A stretch of 64,000 bases of DNA from a virus (lineage: Duplodnaviria > Caudoviricetes). The translations under genes and the position numbers were made by a program. The stretch lies in the IMG/VR virus record IMGVR_UViG_3300028364_000013, one strand, 5' to 3'. Below, piece after piece: positions 18,645 through 27,990 of this stretch. Numbering within the stretch: position 1 is the first letter of the stretch; each line of letters starts with the position of its first letter. The notes beneath the pieces were generated by a model. That model did no database searches, was not told where the DNA came from, and saw only the letters and a program-made list of their open reading frames with translations.

Positions 18645-19712
18645 TTAATGTTGTGTAAGTAAGATGCTCTTAACATCACCTCTAAATGCTGCGTCATCTC
18701 CATCATTAGGAGTTACTATAACATTCCACTTAGCAGGACCATCTTTTGGAGTAGACATAAGGTCATCATAAGTTATGACATCCTTTGGGTCAAGTTTAAA
18801 AAACTCTGCAACTCTTGCTTTAAGTTTCTTCTCATCATCAACTCTCATTAAATCTAAATCCTTAAAAAGAGCCTTTGGAACTACAAGCGCAGACTTGTGA
18901 CCTGCTCCCATTTGAGAAGACTGTCTCTTATTTGCTCCAGACGAAAATGTAGTATCAAGGTTAGAATCATTTGCAACACCAGCAACTTTTGTATAAGCGT
19001 AGCTATCTACATTATAACCTTCCGCCTTTAGCCTTGACATAACATTTTCAGCTATGTCTGTATATTTTTTTGCAAAGAAATCTCCAGAATCATTCCATCT
19101 TAGAATAACTCTTGACTTATAGCCTTCAAGCGCTTTGTACTCTTTAGCTTTAGCTTTAAGCTCGTTGTACATTTGCATTTCATATTCTTCTGGGTGATTA
19201 AGAAGAAAGTTTAACCTTCTGGTCATTGAATCGTGAGATGCTGGATATTGAATATATCTGCCTTTTAAAGCGTAGCATATTACAGCACAACTTCCTGCCC
19301 CTGGGCAAGTGTTGATGTAATGGAACTTGCCTGTACTTTCATCATAAGCAATTCCTCTAAAAGCTGGGATACCAGTTTTATAAACATATTCATGAGGTCC
19401 ACCAGACTTTAAAATCTTCTCATTTGTATTAATTACATTAAGTGGTGGCTGCGTCATCTTTGCGATAAAGTGGTCGATGTCAACGACATCTTGCTTTGAA
19501 TCGAAGAATGAAGACTTAGCGTGAACAAATGGTTTGTCTGCTTTAAATTTCTCTCTATCCTTTGTTTTAAGAGGAGCATTGGCTCTAACTCTATTGAGAT
19601 AGTCAACAACATCTTTAGGTGCAATGCAGCTTTGCTTAACGTCACCAAAAGTGTCTTCCCAGTCAATTTCGTTTAATACCTCGCTAATGATTTTTCTTAT
19701 ATCTTTACCCAT
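18645..19712 (-). CDS. Gp88-like phage protein
   Basis: TCPGAGSCAVICYA and RWNDSGDF motifs. Confidence 0.65.
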   Translation of the reverse strand: MGKDIRKIISEVLNEIDWEDTFGDVKQSCIAPKDVVDYLNRVRANAPLKTKDREKFKADKPFVHAKSSFFDSKQDVVDIDHFIAKMTQPPLNVINTNEKILKSGGPHEYVYKTGIPAFRGIAYDESTGKFHYINTCPGAGSCAVICYALKGRYIQYPASHDSMTRRLNFLLNHPEEYEMQMYNELKAKAKEYKALEGYKSRVILRWNDSGDFFAKKYTDIAENVMSRLKAEGYNVDSYAYTKVAGVANDSNLDTTFSSGANKRQSSQMGAGHKSALVVPKALFKDLDLMRVDDEKKLKARVAEFFKLDPKDVITYDDLMSTPKDGPAKWNVIVTPNDGDDAAFRGDVKSILLTQH

Positions 19713-19791
19713 GACTATAAATAGCCATAAAAAATATGATTTTTAACCTATAAACAACAAAAAAGGCGAGAATTTCTTCCCACCTTATTAT

Positions 19792-21219
19792 TTAGTATTT
19801 CCTTTTTGAAGGGTCGTCATCAGCCATCCTAACCACTTGTGGTGTGAATGTACCAAGAATATCAATCAAGTTGTTTTGCGCTTCCATTACTTTCGTAATA
19901 TCTTTATAAGCATATGGAGCCTCATCGAGACCGCCACCAACAAGTGTTACCTTGTTATCTTTAAGAAGCTTAGTAACTGAGCTTTGAGTAAACGAGTTTC
20001 TCGCCACCTTTCTTGACATAGCTCTACCAGCACCGTGAGAAGCTGAAGATATTGAGTCAACAACACCTCTTCCTCTAACAATGAACCCTGGAGAAACCAT
20101 AGAACCTGGGATTATACCAAGGACACCTTTTCCAGCAGGAGTTGCTCCCTTACGGTGAACAATAACCTCTTTACCATCAATGATTTCCTTCCAAGCAAAG
20201 TTGTGGTGATTTTCAATCTTAGCCACTGGGTTTAACTTTAGCTCTTTGGTAATTCTTCTGTGAATCTCGTTGTGACAAGCTTGCGCATAATCACCAGCCA
20301 TATTCATAGCTATCCAGTATTCCACACCAGCTTCCGAATTCATATCAAGCCACGCAAGGTGTTGAGCTGCCTTTGGAAGAGGTGTTGTGTTCATAGCAAT
20401 TTCATGATACTTGTTGGCAAGTGTAGCACCGAACCCTCTTGAACCAGAGTGAGTTAATACACCAACATATTCTCCAACCTCAAGACCGAAGTCGTTAGTT
20501 GGGTCAGTTATCTTAACTATACCAAAGTCCACAAAGTGATTTCCACCTCCTGAAGTTCCAAGTTGTTTCCAAGCTTTGTCCTTAAGAGCTTTTATGTTTG
20601 GTATTTCATTGAACTCTTTCCTATCAAGGAATTCGTGTTCAGTTAATTTACCATCATTCTCAACTCCCATTCCGAAGAATGACTCAGACTTAAGAATGTT
20701 TTCAATCTTATCTCTATTTCCATCAATGTATGAACCACCTTTATCGTAGATGGTCATGTGCATTCTACAACCTATGTCAACACCAACTGCATATGGAATA
20801 ATAGCATTATCTGTAGCAAGGACACCTCCAATTGGAAGTCCATAACCTTGGTGAGCATCTGGCATAAGAGCTGCAGCAACAGAGATTGGCAATCTTGCAG
20901 CAAGTTTTATTTGCTCGTGAGCGCCTTCTTCTATGTTGTCTCCACCATATACAGTATATGGCACACCAACTTCTTTAAGTGGGATTTCAATCACTTCCTC
21001 TTCTACAGCTGGAATCAATAATTCAGCGATTGGCCCAAGAACAATGTCTTCAACATAATCTTCTGGAGTCAAAAGTACAGCCTTTAAAATATCACGTACA
21101 GTATCAAGGTCACTGTGCTTGTAAGCTTTTGTTACAATCTTCAATGTTACACCCATAACTTTACCTGGCTCCATTCCGAACGCCATAAGGTCTTTGCCTG
21201 TTATCTTTAACTTTACCAT
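19792..21219 (-). CDS. rtcB: RtcB RNA ligase (3'-phosphate/5'-OH, tRNA repair)
   Basis: MPDAHQGYGLPIGG, VGVDIGC, LGTSGGGNHF, HRKGAT, SHGAGR, LDEAPYAYK. Confidence 0.95.
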   Translation of the reverse strand: MVKLKITGKDLMAFGMEPGKVMGVTLKIVTKAYKHSDLDTVRDILKAVLLTPEDYVEDIVLGPIAELLIPAVEEEVIEIPLKEVGVPYTVYGGDNIEEGAHEQIKLAARLPISVAAALMPDAHQGYGLPIGGVLATDNAIIPYAVGVDIGCRMHMTIYDKGGSYIDGNRDKIENILKSESFFGMGVENDGKLTEHEFLDRKEFNEIPNIKALKDKAWKQLGTSGGGNHFVDFGIVKITDPTNDFGLEVGEYVGVLTHSGSRGFGATLANKYHEIAMNTTPLPKAAQHLAWLDMNSEAGVEYWIAMNMAGDYAQACHNEIHRRITKELKLNPVAKIENHHNFAWKEIIDGKEVIVHRKGATPAGKGVLGIIPGSMVSPGFIVRGRGVVDSISSASHGAGRAMSRKVARNSFTQSSVTKLLKDNKVTLVGGGLDEAPYAYKDITKVMEAQNNLIDILGTFTPQVVRMADDDPSKRKY

Positions 21220-21222
21220 ACT

Positions 21223-21432
21223 TTAATTTTTTTTCAAATCCTCTACTTTAATAGGGAAAATATTTTTATTTTCACAAGCCTCATTAAACAGAGGCTCATA
21301 CTTATCTTCTATTTCATAATCTAAAAGATAATAAGAATTATTACTAAAATAGTAATCTGATTTTTCTTGCCAATAATTCTGTAGTTTTATATATTGAACT
21401 AACAATTTTCTTAGCCTAATTTGTTTTCTCAT
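21223..21432 (-). CDS. Hypothetical protein
   Basis: ORF in gene run. Confidence 0.55.
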   Translation of the reverse strand: MRKQIRLRKLLVQYIKLQNYWQEKSDYYFSNNSYYLLDYEIEDKYEPLFNEACENKNIFPIKVEDLKKN

Positions 21433-21507
21433 TTCTCAAACACATCTTCAAACCAACATTCAAAAGCTGTTTCTCTACCTTTTGTTTCTAATTCTAACTC
21501 ATCATCA

Positions 21508-21801
21508 CTATAAAGTTTTCCCATCTTCAAACGCCCTCTTAAGGTCTACTTGTGAATACTCTATCTTTGTATCCATTGGAATTGTTTCTGGGAAATGCTC
21601 CACAATCTTCTTTACTGCACCAGCGGTTCCTGCAAGACTTCCTGCTCCCATAGAAACTGCAGAGATAATATTACTCTGCACAAGAGGCCTAAGCCTTTCA
21701 AGTGCTTGTTTTTTTGTTTGAACTTTTTCACTTTCCAGCCACTTAATTACTGGTTCTGTGCTATGCATATAAAGGTATAACTCTAATGCTTTCGAATTCA
21801 T
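21508..21801 (-). CDS. Hypothetical protein
   Basis: ORF in gene run. Confidence 0.65.
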   Translation of the reverse strand: MNSKALELYLYMHSTEPVIKWLESEKVQTKKQALERLRPLVQSNIISAVSMGAGSLAGTAGAVKKIVEHFPETIPMDTKIEYSQVDLKRAFEDGKTL

Positions 21802-21804
21802 AAT

Positions 21805-22170
21805 TTATTTTTTTGGTATTTTACTTAGGTCAATTTTGCCAACCACTTTGAAGTTTGCATTTTCAATATCAAGAGCTCTCTCTCTTCTTTTTCTTATTGC
21901 AATTTCCTCTGGAGTTGGCACATGCTGCTTCACATTAAGCTTGTCTCTGTACTTGTCGGTTATGGTTTTGCCATTTCTACCAATGTGGTACTTGTGACAA
22001 CACTTACACTTGTAAGATACAACCTTGCTAATCCTATGAGCTTGCGCATTTAATTTTTTACAAGCCTCAATAGCCTCGTCAAGAGAGTGAAACTTCTTTT
22101 TATCCTTATATACTTTTGTGCCATCACTTTCTTCTCTGACTAAAGTATTACAAAATTTTTTTTTATTCAT
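21805..22170 (-). CDS. Hypothetical zinc-binding protein
   Basis: YKCKCCHKYHIGR; start probably MNKKKFC. Confidence 0.65.
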   Translation of the reverse strand: MNKKKFCNTLVREESDGTKVYKDKKKFHSLDEAIEACKKLNAQAHRISKVVSYKCKCCHKYHIGRNGKTITDKYRDKLNVKQHVPTPEEIAIRKRRERALDIENANFKVVGKIDLSKIPKK

Positions 22171-22233
22171 AATGTTTTTTGTCTGCGGAAACCAAATCAT
22201 CACCTTATGTGTGACTGGAATTAGCAGAGCTTT

Positions 22234-23262
22234 TTATTTAATCAAAAATTCTTGAAGAGCTTTACTTCCGAACTCTCCTTTGGTTAAATTAATTATTTCT
22301 TTAACTGAATATTTTTCTTTCTTATTTATTTTCTCTCTCTCAACAAAGCCTTTAACACCAAAACCGCAGGCTCCAGTTATAGCTCGATAACAAGAAATTG
22401 CTTGCTCAAAACTTAACTCATCTGTTAGTTTTAAGCCTTTAAAATCATCTTTATTTACATCAGAATTTAACTTGTAAATTAAATCCTCTCTGGCTTCAGA
22501 AAGAGAGTCTCCATGAGCATATTTGCCACCCCCATTTGTAACCAAATAAAAAACCTTCTCTTCACATAACTTCTTAACTCTGAAAACACCGCCTCTCACA
22601 GAAATAATCTCTGTAAATATACCATCTGCCTTTATATATTTATCGCCCCACATAACTGGCCCAACCAATTTCGTGAAATCACAAGTCAAACCTCCCAAGT
22701 GCAAACTTCCTCCAACGGTTGGGTTAAATCCCTCTGGAATCGAAGTCAAACTGTTCAAGTCCAAAGTTCCTCCAACGGTTGGGTTAAATCCCTGTGGAAT
22801 CGAGGTCAAACCGCTCAAGTCCAAATATCCTCCAACGGTTGGGTTAAATCCCTCTGGAATCGAAGTCAACCTGTTCAAGTACAAACCTTCTCCAACAGTT
22901 GGGTTAAATCCCTCTGGAATCGAAGTCAACCTGTTCAAGTACAAACCTTCTCCAACAGTTGGGTTAAATCCCTCTGGAATCGAAGTCAACCTGTTCAAGT
23001 ACAAATATCCTCCAACGGTTGGGTTAAATCCCTCTGGAATCGAGGTCAACCTGTTCAAGTACAAACTTCCTCCAACGGTTGGGTTAAATCCCTCTGGAAT
23101 CGAAGTCAAGCTGTCCAAGTACAAACTTCCTCCAACGGTTGGGTTAAATCCCTCTGGAATCGAAGTCAAGCTGTCCAAGTCCAAAGTTCCATTTATTTTA
23201 ACTTCACCAGTAAACTGCTCTTCAGTTAAATTGTATTCCTTGCAAAATTCTTTTTTATTCAT
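22234..23262 (-). CDS. Tandem 20-aa LRR-like repeat protein, paralog of 9247..10275
   Basis: Same length (342 aa) and repeat architecture. Confidence 0.85.
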   Translation of the reverse strand: MNKKEFCKEYNLTEEQFTGEVKINGTLDLDSLTSIPEGFNPTVGGSLYLDSLTSIPEGFNPTVGGSLYLNRLTSIPEGFNPTVGGYLYLNRLTSIPEGFNPTVGEGLYLNRLTSIPEGFNPTVGEGLYLNRLTSIPEGFNPTVGGYLDLSGLTSIPQGFNPTVGGTLDLNSLTSIPEGFNPTVGGSLHLGGLTCDFTKLVGPVMWGDKYIKADGIFTEIISVRGGVFRVKKLCEEKVFYLVTNGGGKYAHGDSLSEAREDLIYKLNSDVNKDDFKGLKLTDELSFEQAISCYRAITGACGFGVKGFVEREKINKKEKYSVKEIINLTKGEFGSKALQEFLIK

Positions 23263-23346
23263 AATGTTTTTTTCTTCAGAAACCCAATCATCACCGCATG
23301 TGTGGTTGGGTTATTGACATTATACGCAGTAAATCAAAAAATGTTC

Positions 23347-23616
23347 TTAATCTTCAGAAGCATTTTTCTGCATCTCTTCCACAAAGTTTCCAAAATGCAA
23401 CACCAAAGCGGGTTCATAACCAAACATTTTAAATGGATGCTCTGAAGCAAGTATCACATCCATCGGAGATTTAGGATACCAACTTTCAGCTTTTTCATCA
23501 CCCACTATTTTTCTCAAATACTTATCAAACTCAGGCCACATTTCATCGAGACCATCATTACTCAACTCAACACCTGGGTATTGAATTCTTACAAAATGTC
23601 TAAAACAATCTTTCAT
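23347..23616 (-). CDS. Hypothetical protein
   Basis: ORF with upstream promoter motif. Confidence 0.65.
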   Translation of the reverse strand: MKDCFRHFVRIQYPGVELSNDGLDEMWPEFDKYLRKIVGDEKAESWYPKSPMDVILASEHPFKMFGYEPALVLHFGNFVEEMQKNASED

Positions 23617-23661
23617 TCTACTTTATACGTAAAATAATTAAAAATGTTTCAGAGATAGCGG

Positions 23662-24468
23662 TCAGATTGTATAATTTTCATCCCACTCCCTAATTTTCTC
23701 TTTCAATTCTTCTAACGTTATTGAACTATCGTAGTTCTTGACATTATTATCACTATGTTTCATCAACCCGCAGTTTGCTGGGTGAGCTATTATCTCTGGA
23801 GCAACCTTATTAATAAAACCATCTCTTACACTATACGAATGGTCTCTACTGACCCCGTTAATATTATTTCCTTTATTTGATGGGCTGTACCAACCATGTT
23901 GTTCAATCAATGTGAAATTAAATTCTTCTTTAAAATCTCTAACATCAAACTTAAACTCACACGCAGGCCGATAAGCCTCGTAATATTCCATCCTACAATC
24001 GTCACAAATCAACTTATGCTTCTTGGATACTTTAAATTCATCACAATATCTACACTTCTTTTTTCCATTCACTTTTTTGGTTCTTTTTTCTATACTAATT
24101 CCACCTTTCCATCTTGAATTATTTTCTCCACTATTCTTTTTTATTGTTTCATCACTTACTACATGCCCAAAAAGACTTTCTCCTATCTTTTTTTTAGTTT
24201 CATTACTATGAGTACTTCCAAAATTATTAAATGAAGCAGAACAAGAACTTGAACAGAATTTTCTTTTTGATTTAATTAAATCAAAAAAACTTACACCGCA
24301 GTTATTACAACTATATTCTTTATGATTAATGATATTCAACCCTAATCTATAACACCTATTTCTAACACTACTTTTAGTGACCCCTATAACTTGAGCAATA
24401 TCTTCATGTTTTTTACCAATAAGAATTAATTTCCTTAACTCTTCATCCAAATTTTTACTCCATCTCAT
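23662..24468 (-). CDS. Putative HNH-type homing endonuclease with NUMOD3-like segment
   Basis: HSNETKKKIGES, VSRDH..HPANC..N. Confidence 0.7.
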   Translation of the reverse strand: MRWSKNLDEELRKLILIGKKHEDIAQVIGVTKSSVRNRCYRLGLNIINHKEYSCNNCGVSFFDLIKSKRKFCSSSCSASFNNFGSTHSNETKKKIGESLFGHVVSDETIKKNSGENNSRWKGGISIEKRTKKVNGKKKCRYCDEFKVSKKHKLICDDCRMEYYEAYRPACEFKFDVRDFKEEFNFTLIEQHGWYSPSNKGNNINGVSRDHSYSVRDGFINKVAPEIIAHPANCGLMKHSDNNVKNYDSSITLEELKEKIREWDENYTI

Positions 24469-24523
24469 ATTAATAAATATGATAAAAAAAGCAAAAACAA
24501 GATTTCGAGCCAGTATGATTTTG

Positions 24524-24595
24524 AGACAGCGAAGGGATTCAAACCCTTATAACCACACTTTGCAGGTGCGTACCTTATCAATCGGCCACGCTGTC
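24524..24595 (-). tRNA. tRNA-Cys(GCA)
   Basis: CGCAC-CTGCAAA-GTGTG, U73. Confidence 0.88.
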
Positions 24596-24608
24596 TTATA
24601 TTTTATTG

Positions 24609-24693
24609 AGGTCAGGGAGGGATTCAAACCCCCGATGGGCTTGCGCCTACAGATTTGCAGTCTGTCGTCTTCAATCACTCGAACCACCCGACC
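24609..24693 (-). tRNA. tRNA-Cys(GCA) with long variable arm
   Basis: ACAGA-CTGCAAA-TCTGT, variable hairpin GGC-GCAA-GCC, U73. Confidence 0.85.
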
Positions 24694-24712
24694 TTATAAA
24701 GGGGAAAGTCAA

Positions 24713-25384
24713 TTAAGACCTTCCACCTTTACAGATTATATCAGCTGCACAAGTTGCAGCCCAAGAGTTAGGCTTAAACCTTACTCTGTATCCTAATCCC
24801 TCAAGATGCGCTTTTGCAGCAGCATAAACAATGTGGGACCTGTTCTTTGGAATACCTGGAGACTTACCTGCTCTGATAAGTTCTTTTTGCCAAGAAGTCC
24901 AACCAGCATCTGGGTTAATGTCAATATCAATATCAACTAACTTGGTTTGGTTTGACTTGTAACCTTTAGCAACAGCTTCTTCTGGTGTCATCCTCTTGTA
25001 CTTCCCTTCAAGCTCTCTCTCAAAGTATTCTCCAAGTTCGAAAAGCCTTTCGGTTTCATGCCAGATTCTTTGGAAAATAGATGAAGTCAAATTCTTTCTG
25101 TGAAGCTCTTTGTCTTTAACTTTGTTTCCAGTCTTGCTGAATTTAACTTGGTTACCAGAAATAAGCTCTCTATTGAAAATGTAGTGTACACCGTCATTTC
25201 TGTCGTTATCGTAAAACGCTACAACATCTGCATACATAATTTTTCTACCATTTCTTCTTACATCAGAGTCGCATCCAATGTAAACAGTTTCTCCTGGAAA
25301 TTTCTCAATGTGTCCTCTAACGTACTCACCAAGGTCAGCAATTATTTCACCTCCAAATTTCTTAAATACTCTTTCTTCCATCAT
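24713..25384 (-). CDS. YkuK/DUF458-like RNase H-fold protein
   Basis: VYIGCDSD start motif, IDIDINPD, WAATCAAD. Confidence 0.7.
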   Translation of the reverse strand: MMEERVFKKFGGEIIADLGEYVRGHIEKFPGETVYIGCDSDVRRNGRKIMYADVVAFYDNDRNDGVHYIFNRELISGNQVKFSKTGNKVKDKELHRKNLTSSIFQRIWHETERLFELGEYFERELEGKYKRMTPEEAVAKGYKSNQTKLVDIDIDINPDAGWTSWQKELIRAGKSPGIPKNRSHIVYAAAKAHLEGLGYRVRFKPNSWAATCAADIICKGGRS

Positions 25385-25475
25385 TTCTTCTTTTTTTAGT
25401 AGTCCTAAAAAGTTGTCAGTTTTTTCCAGTCTAATTCATCATTATTACTTGTTTTTTGTTTTTAAATTTGCGCAT

Positions 25476-25512
25476 AAAAAAAAGCCCAAACTATTCGAGA
25501 TAGCTTGAGCTT
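25476..25512 (-). terminator. Intrinsic terminator (attenuator) ahead of the YkuK-like gene and tRNA-Cys pair
   Basis: AAGCTCAAGCTAT..ATAGTTTGGGCTT plus T-run. Confidence 0.8.
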
Positions 25513-25536
25513 AAAATTTCTTTTATTATTATAAAT

Positions 25537-25647
25537 CTACTTCATAACACTCAAACTAACGTTTTTTTTGCAAAACGGACATACCCCTTCCAGGCCGCAA
25601 TCAATCGCTTGCGAAGTTGGTCTCCAATATGTCATGTTAGTTTTCAT
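25537..25647 (-). CDS. Putative leader peptide, Cys-containing: MKTNMTYWRPTSQAIDCGLEGVCPFCKKNVSLSVMK
   Basis: 36-aa ORF with 3 Cys, upstream TATTTATA; terminator then two tRNA-Cys follow. Confidence 0.7.
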   Translation of the reverse strand: MKTNMTYWRPTSQAIDCGLEGVCPFCKKNVSLSVMK

Positions 25648-25669
25648 CTGTTTATAAATATATTATTTT

Positions 25670-25945
25670 TTATCCAAGCAGCAATCCGCTCTTTTTTTCT
25701 TGTTTTTTTGCATCTTTCCATTTCCATCCGAGGAAGAATCTGGTACACGCTCTATGAAACCAATTTGGCTTCTTTGTATAGTTGAAGACGATTGAACCTT
25801 CTACTTGGTTGCTTCCTGTTATATCATATCCTCCAACAACTGGTGGTGGAGTGTATATTTTAACATCTGCAACATCAATTGCTTCATCAATTTCTGGCTT
25901 TTTTCTTTCACCAGAATATTCTTGTTCTTCCCAATATATATTCAT
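25670..25945 (-). CDS. Hypothetical protein
   Basis: 91-aa ORF. Confidence 0.65.
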   Translation of the reverse strand: MNIYWEEQEYSGERKKPEIDEAIDVADVKIYTPPPVVGGYDITGSNQVEGSIVFNYTKKPNWFHRACTRFFLGWKWKDAKKQEKKSGLLLG

Positions 25946-26022
25946 ATTGTAAATATATAAAAATAATATTTAATATCAAATTAATAACCTTTTATTTACG
26001 CAGGGACTTATATTATTAATTG

Positions 26023-26096
26023 TGGGCCCCATCAGACTCGAACTGATAACCTTTTCATTATGAGTGAAATACACTAACCAATTGTGTTAGAGGCCC
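26023..26096 (-). tRNA. tRNA with CAT anticodon (Ile2 or elongator Met)
   Basis: TTTCA-CTCATAA-TGAAA; GGGCC acceptor suggests Ile2. Confidence 0.85.
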
Positions 26097-26106
26097 TTAA
26101 ATTTTG

Positions 26107-26183
26107 TCGGGAAGGTGAGATTCGAACTCACATGTAACCAATTACCCTTTCTACAAGATATAAGCTTGAGGGGATACAACCCG
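26107..26183 (-). ncRNA. Rearranged tRNA-like RNA with TAT (Ile) anticodon hairpin
   Basis: Canonical T-arm GTGAG-TTCGAAT-CTCAC; CAAG-CTTATAT-CTTG hairpin lies before a D-loop-like TAATTGG. Confidence 0.6.
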
Positions 26184-26225
26184 ATACATATGTCTATTTC
26201 ACTTTCCATTTTATTTATTTTTTTG

Positions 26226-26323
26226 TGGACAATACGAGAATCGAACTCGTATCTCCAGTTTGCGCTATCCTGTGTGGTTGCACTTCATAGCCTTCACCGA
26301 TTTACCAATTAATCTAATTGCCC
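26226..26323 (-). ncRNA. tRNA-like RNA with expanded, non-canonical anticodon region
   Basis: Acceptor GGGCAAT/ATTGTCC, D-arm and T-arm intact; ~45-nt insert with GCTAT/ATAGC pairing. Confidence 0.6.
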
Positions 26324-26328
26324 TTTTG

Positions 26329-26398
26329 TTGGTGTAGAGGGACTCAAACCCCCGACCCCCTGAATTACAGGTGCTCTAATCAACTGAGCTATACACCG
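26329..26398 (-). ncRNA. tRNA-like RNA with collapsed anticodon loop and C1xA72
   Basis: CCTG-TAATT-CAGG (5-nt loop), otherwise a cloverleaf. Confidence 0.6.
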
Positions 26399-26442
26399 AA
26401 CTCTTCAATCGCCTTAAGTCGATTTCCGAGCTACTTAAGTAG

Positions 26443-26525
26443 TAGTGACGGTGGGAATTGAACCCACTTTGTACTTACGTACCCACGTTATCAGCGTGGT
26501 GCCTAAACCATCCAGCCCCGTCACT
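26443..26525 (-). tRNA. tRNA-Ile(GAT) with long variable arm
   Basis: CCACG-CTGATAA-CGTGG, variable hairpin GTAC-GTAA-GTAC. Confidence 0.82.
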
Positions 26526-26536
26526 ATAAAAACTCT

Positions 26537-26773
26537 TTAGAAGAGTCTTTCTATTTCAATCCAAGTATAGGAATAAACTCCATTTTGAACTGGTATTCTT
26601 TTGCTAATATCCGCTCTTAACACTTTGAACATTGGATACTCTACCAAAAATCTTTCAAGCGCCTCGCTTGGCGTTATCATGTCTCCATCAAAATCAACAA
26701 GCCCGCCAACTACTTCCCACTTGTGTGATTGCCTCCATGTAGTGCAAATACTAAATAAAATATACTCTTCCAT
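26537..26773 (-). CDS. Hypothetical protein
   Basis: 78-aa ORF. Confidence 0.6.
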   Translation of the reverse strand: MEEYILFSICTTWRQSHKWEVVGGLVDFDGDMITPSEALERFLVEYPMFKVLRADISKRIPVQNGVYSYTWIEIERLF

Positions 26774-26780
26774 TGCTCTA

Positions 26781-27551
26781 TTAATTCTTTACTTCATCTA
26801 AAATATTATATTTTAAACACCATTTTCTAACTGTATTATCAGAAACTGCATACTTATTTCCAACCCTTGTAAAATATTTAAATTTTTTAAAATCATCCAA
26901 TAGAACCATTTTGTTTGGTATTCTGCTTTTTCTTTTACAATTATATTCTTTGCACCACTTTTTAATTACACCCAATGAAACCCCTAAGTGTTTAGATAAT
27001 TCTAAATCACTTTTAAATTTCGAAAATACCAACACAAATTCTTCTTTATTTATTTTTGGTAAAATATTTATTTCACTAATTACCTTTCCAAGTTTTTCAT
27101 ATTCTCTTTTTATTTTATGACATCTTTTATAATTACCACCTTTAGGGGTTAATCCAGTTTGTATTAATGACTTTCTCATATTCCAGTCATTAATCAACAA
27201 ATATTCTAATAATTTTTCATTACTAATTTTTTCTTTTTTTATTTTATTTCTACCCCTCCAATTACTTGTTAAACCATGGCAGTTTGGACATAGACACTCA
27301 AGGTTTGTTTTTTTATTATTTGTATTATCCCCATCAATGTGATTAATTTCCAAAGGTATATTACACCCTTGCCATTTATTTAATTTACATTTTTTACAAG
27401 TTCTTTTATTTTCATATATAATATATTCTCTAATCATATCCCAAGATAAATCATCAAAATTTTTACTTAAAATATATTCTTCACGTTTTTTTCTTTCTTC
27501 TAAATTATATAACTCCTTTTTTTCACTAATTCTTAACCACTGACTTGACAT
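26781..27551 (-). CDS. HNH homing endonuclease with C-terminal HTH modules
   Basis: CKKC..LEINHIDGDNTNN...CLCPNCH. Confidence 0.85.
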   Translation of the reverse strand: MSSQWLRISEKKELYNLEERKKREEYILSKNFDDLSWDMIREYIIYENKRTCKKCKLNKWQGCNIPLEINHIDGDNTNNKKTNLECLCPNCHGLTSNWRGRNKIKKEKISNEKLLEYLLINDWNMRKSLIQTGLTPKGGNYKRCHKIKREYEKLGKVISEINILPKINKEEFVLVFSKFKSDLELSKHLGVSLGVIKKWCKEYNCKRKSRIPNKMVLLDDFKKFKYFTRVGNKYAVSDNTVRKWCLKYNILDEVKN

Positions 27552-27637
27552 AATATTTGTTTTTTATTATAAATATTATGAAAAAAGTAAAAGTTCGATT
27601 TTTTGTTAAATTAATTCGAACTTTTACTTTAAATTAG

Positions 27638-27710
27638 TCTCCCCGATAGGACTTGAACCTATTCTCTTTCGATTAAAAGTCGAAGGCTTCCCCTGTTAAG
27701 CTACGAGGAG
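27638..27710 (-). tRNA. tRNA-Lys(TTT)
   Basis: TTCGA-CTTTTAA-TCGAA. Confidence 0.88.
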
Positions 27711-27726
27711 GTTTTTAATTCTTTCG

Positions 27727-27798
27727 TGAACCCACCGAGAGTCGAACTCGGTTCCATAGATTAAGAGTCTATAGCATCACCACTAATGCTTTGGGTCC
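27727..27798 (-). tRNA. tRNA-Lys(CTT)
   Basis: ATAGA-CTCTTAA-TCTAT. Confidence 0.9.
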
Positions 27799-27899
27799 AG
27801 AATATGTTTATTATCAAGGCCTGCAACTCTATTGCTTGAGCAAGCCTCTTAACGTTTCTTATATTTCATCTTTTTATATTTCATTTTCTTTCTTTTTTG

Positions 27900-27972
27900 A
27901 GCTGTTGACAGGGGTCGAACCTGCGACATCTTCATTACAAGTGAAGTGCTCTACCAACTGAGCTACAACAGC
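27900..27972 (-). tRNA. tRNA-Thr(TGT)
   Basis: CTTCA-CTTGTAA-TGAAG. Confidence 0.93.
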
Positions 27973-27990
27973 ATATTATTATTTTTCTTG

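Noticed and set aside
9764-23317. Plus-strand ORFs 9764..10306, 22673..23317 and 22699..23229
   Set aside because: Antisense shadows of the repeat-protein genes
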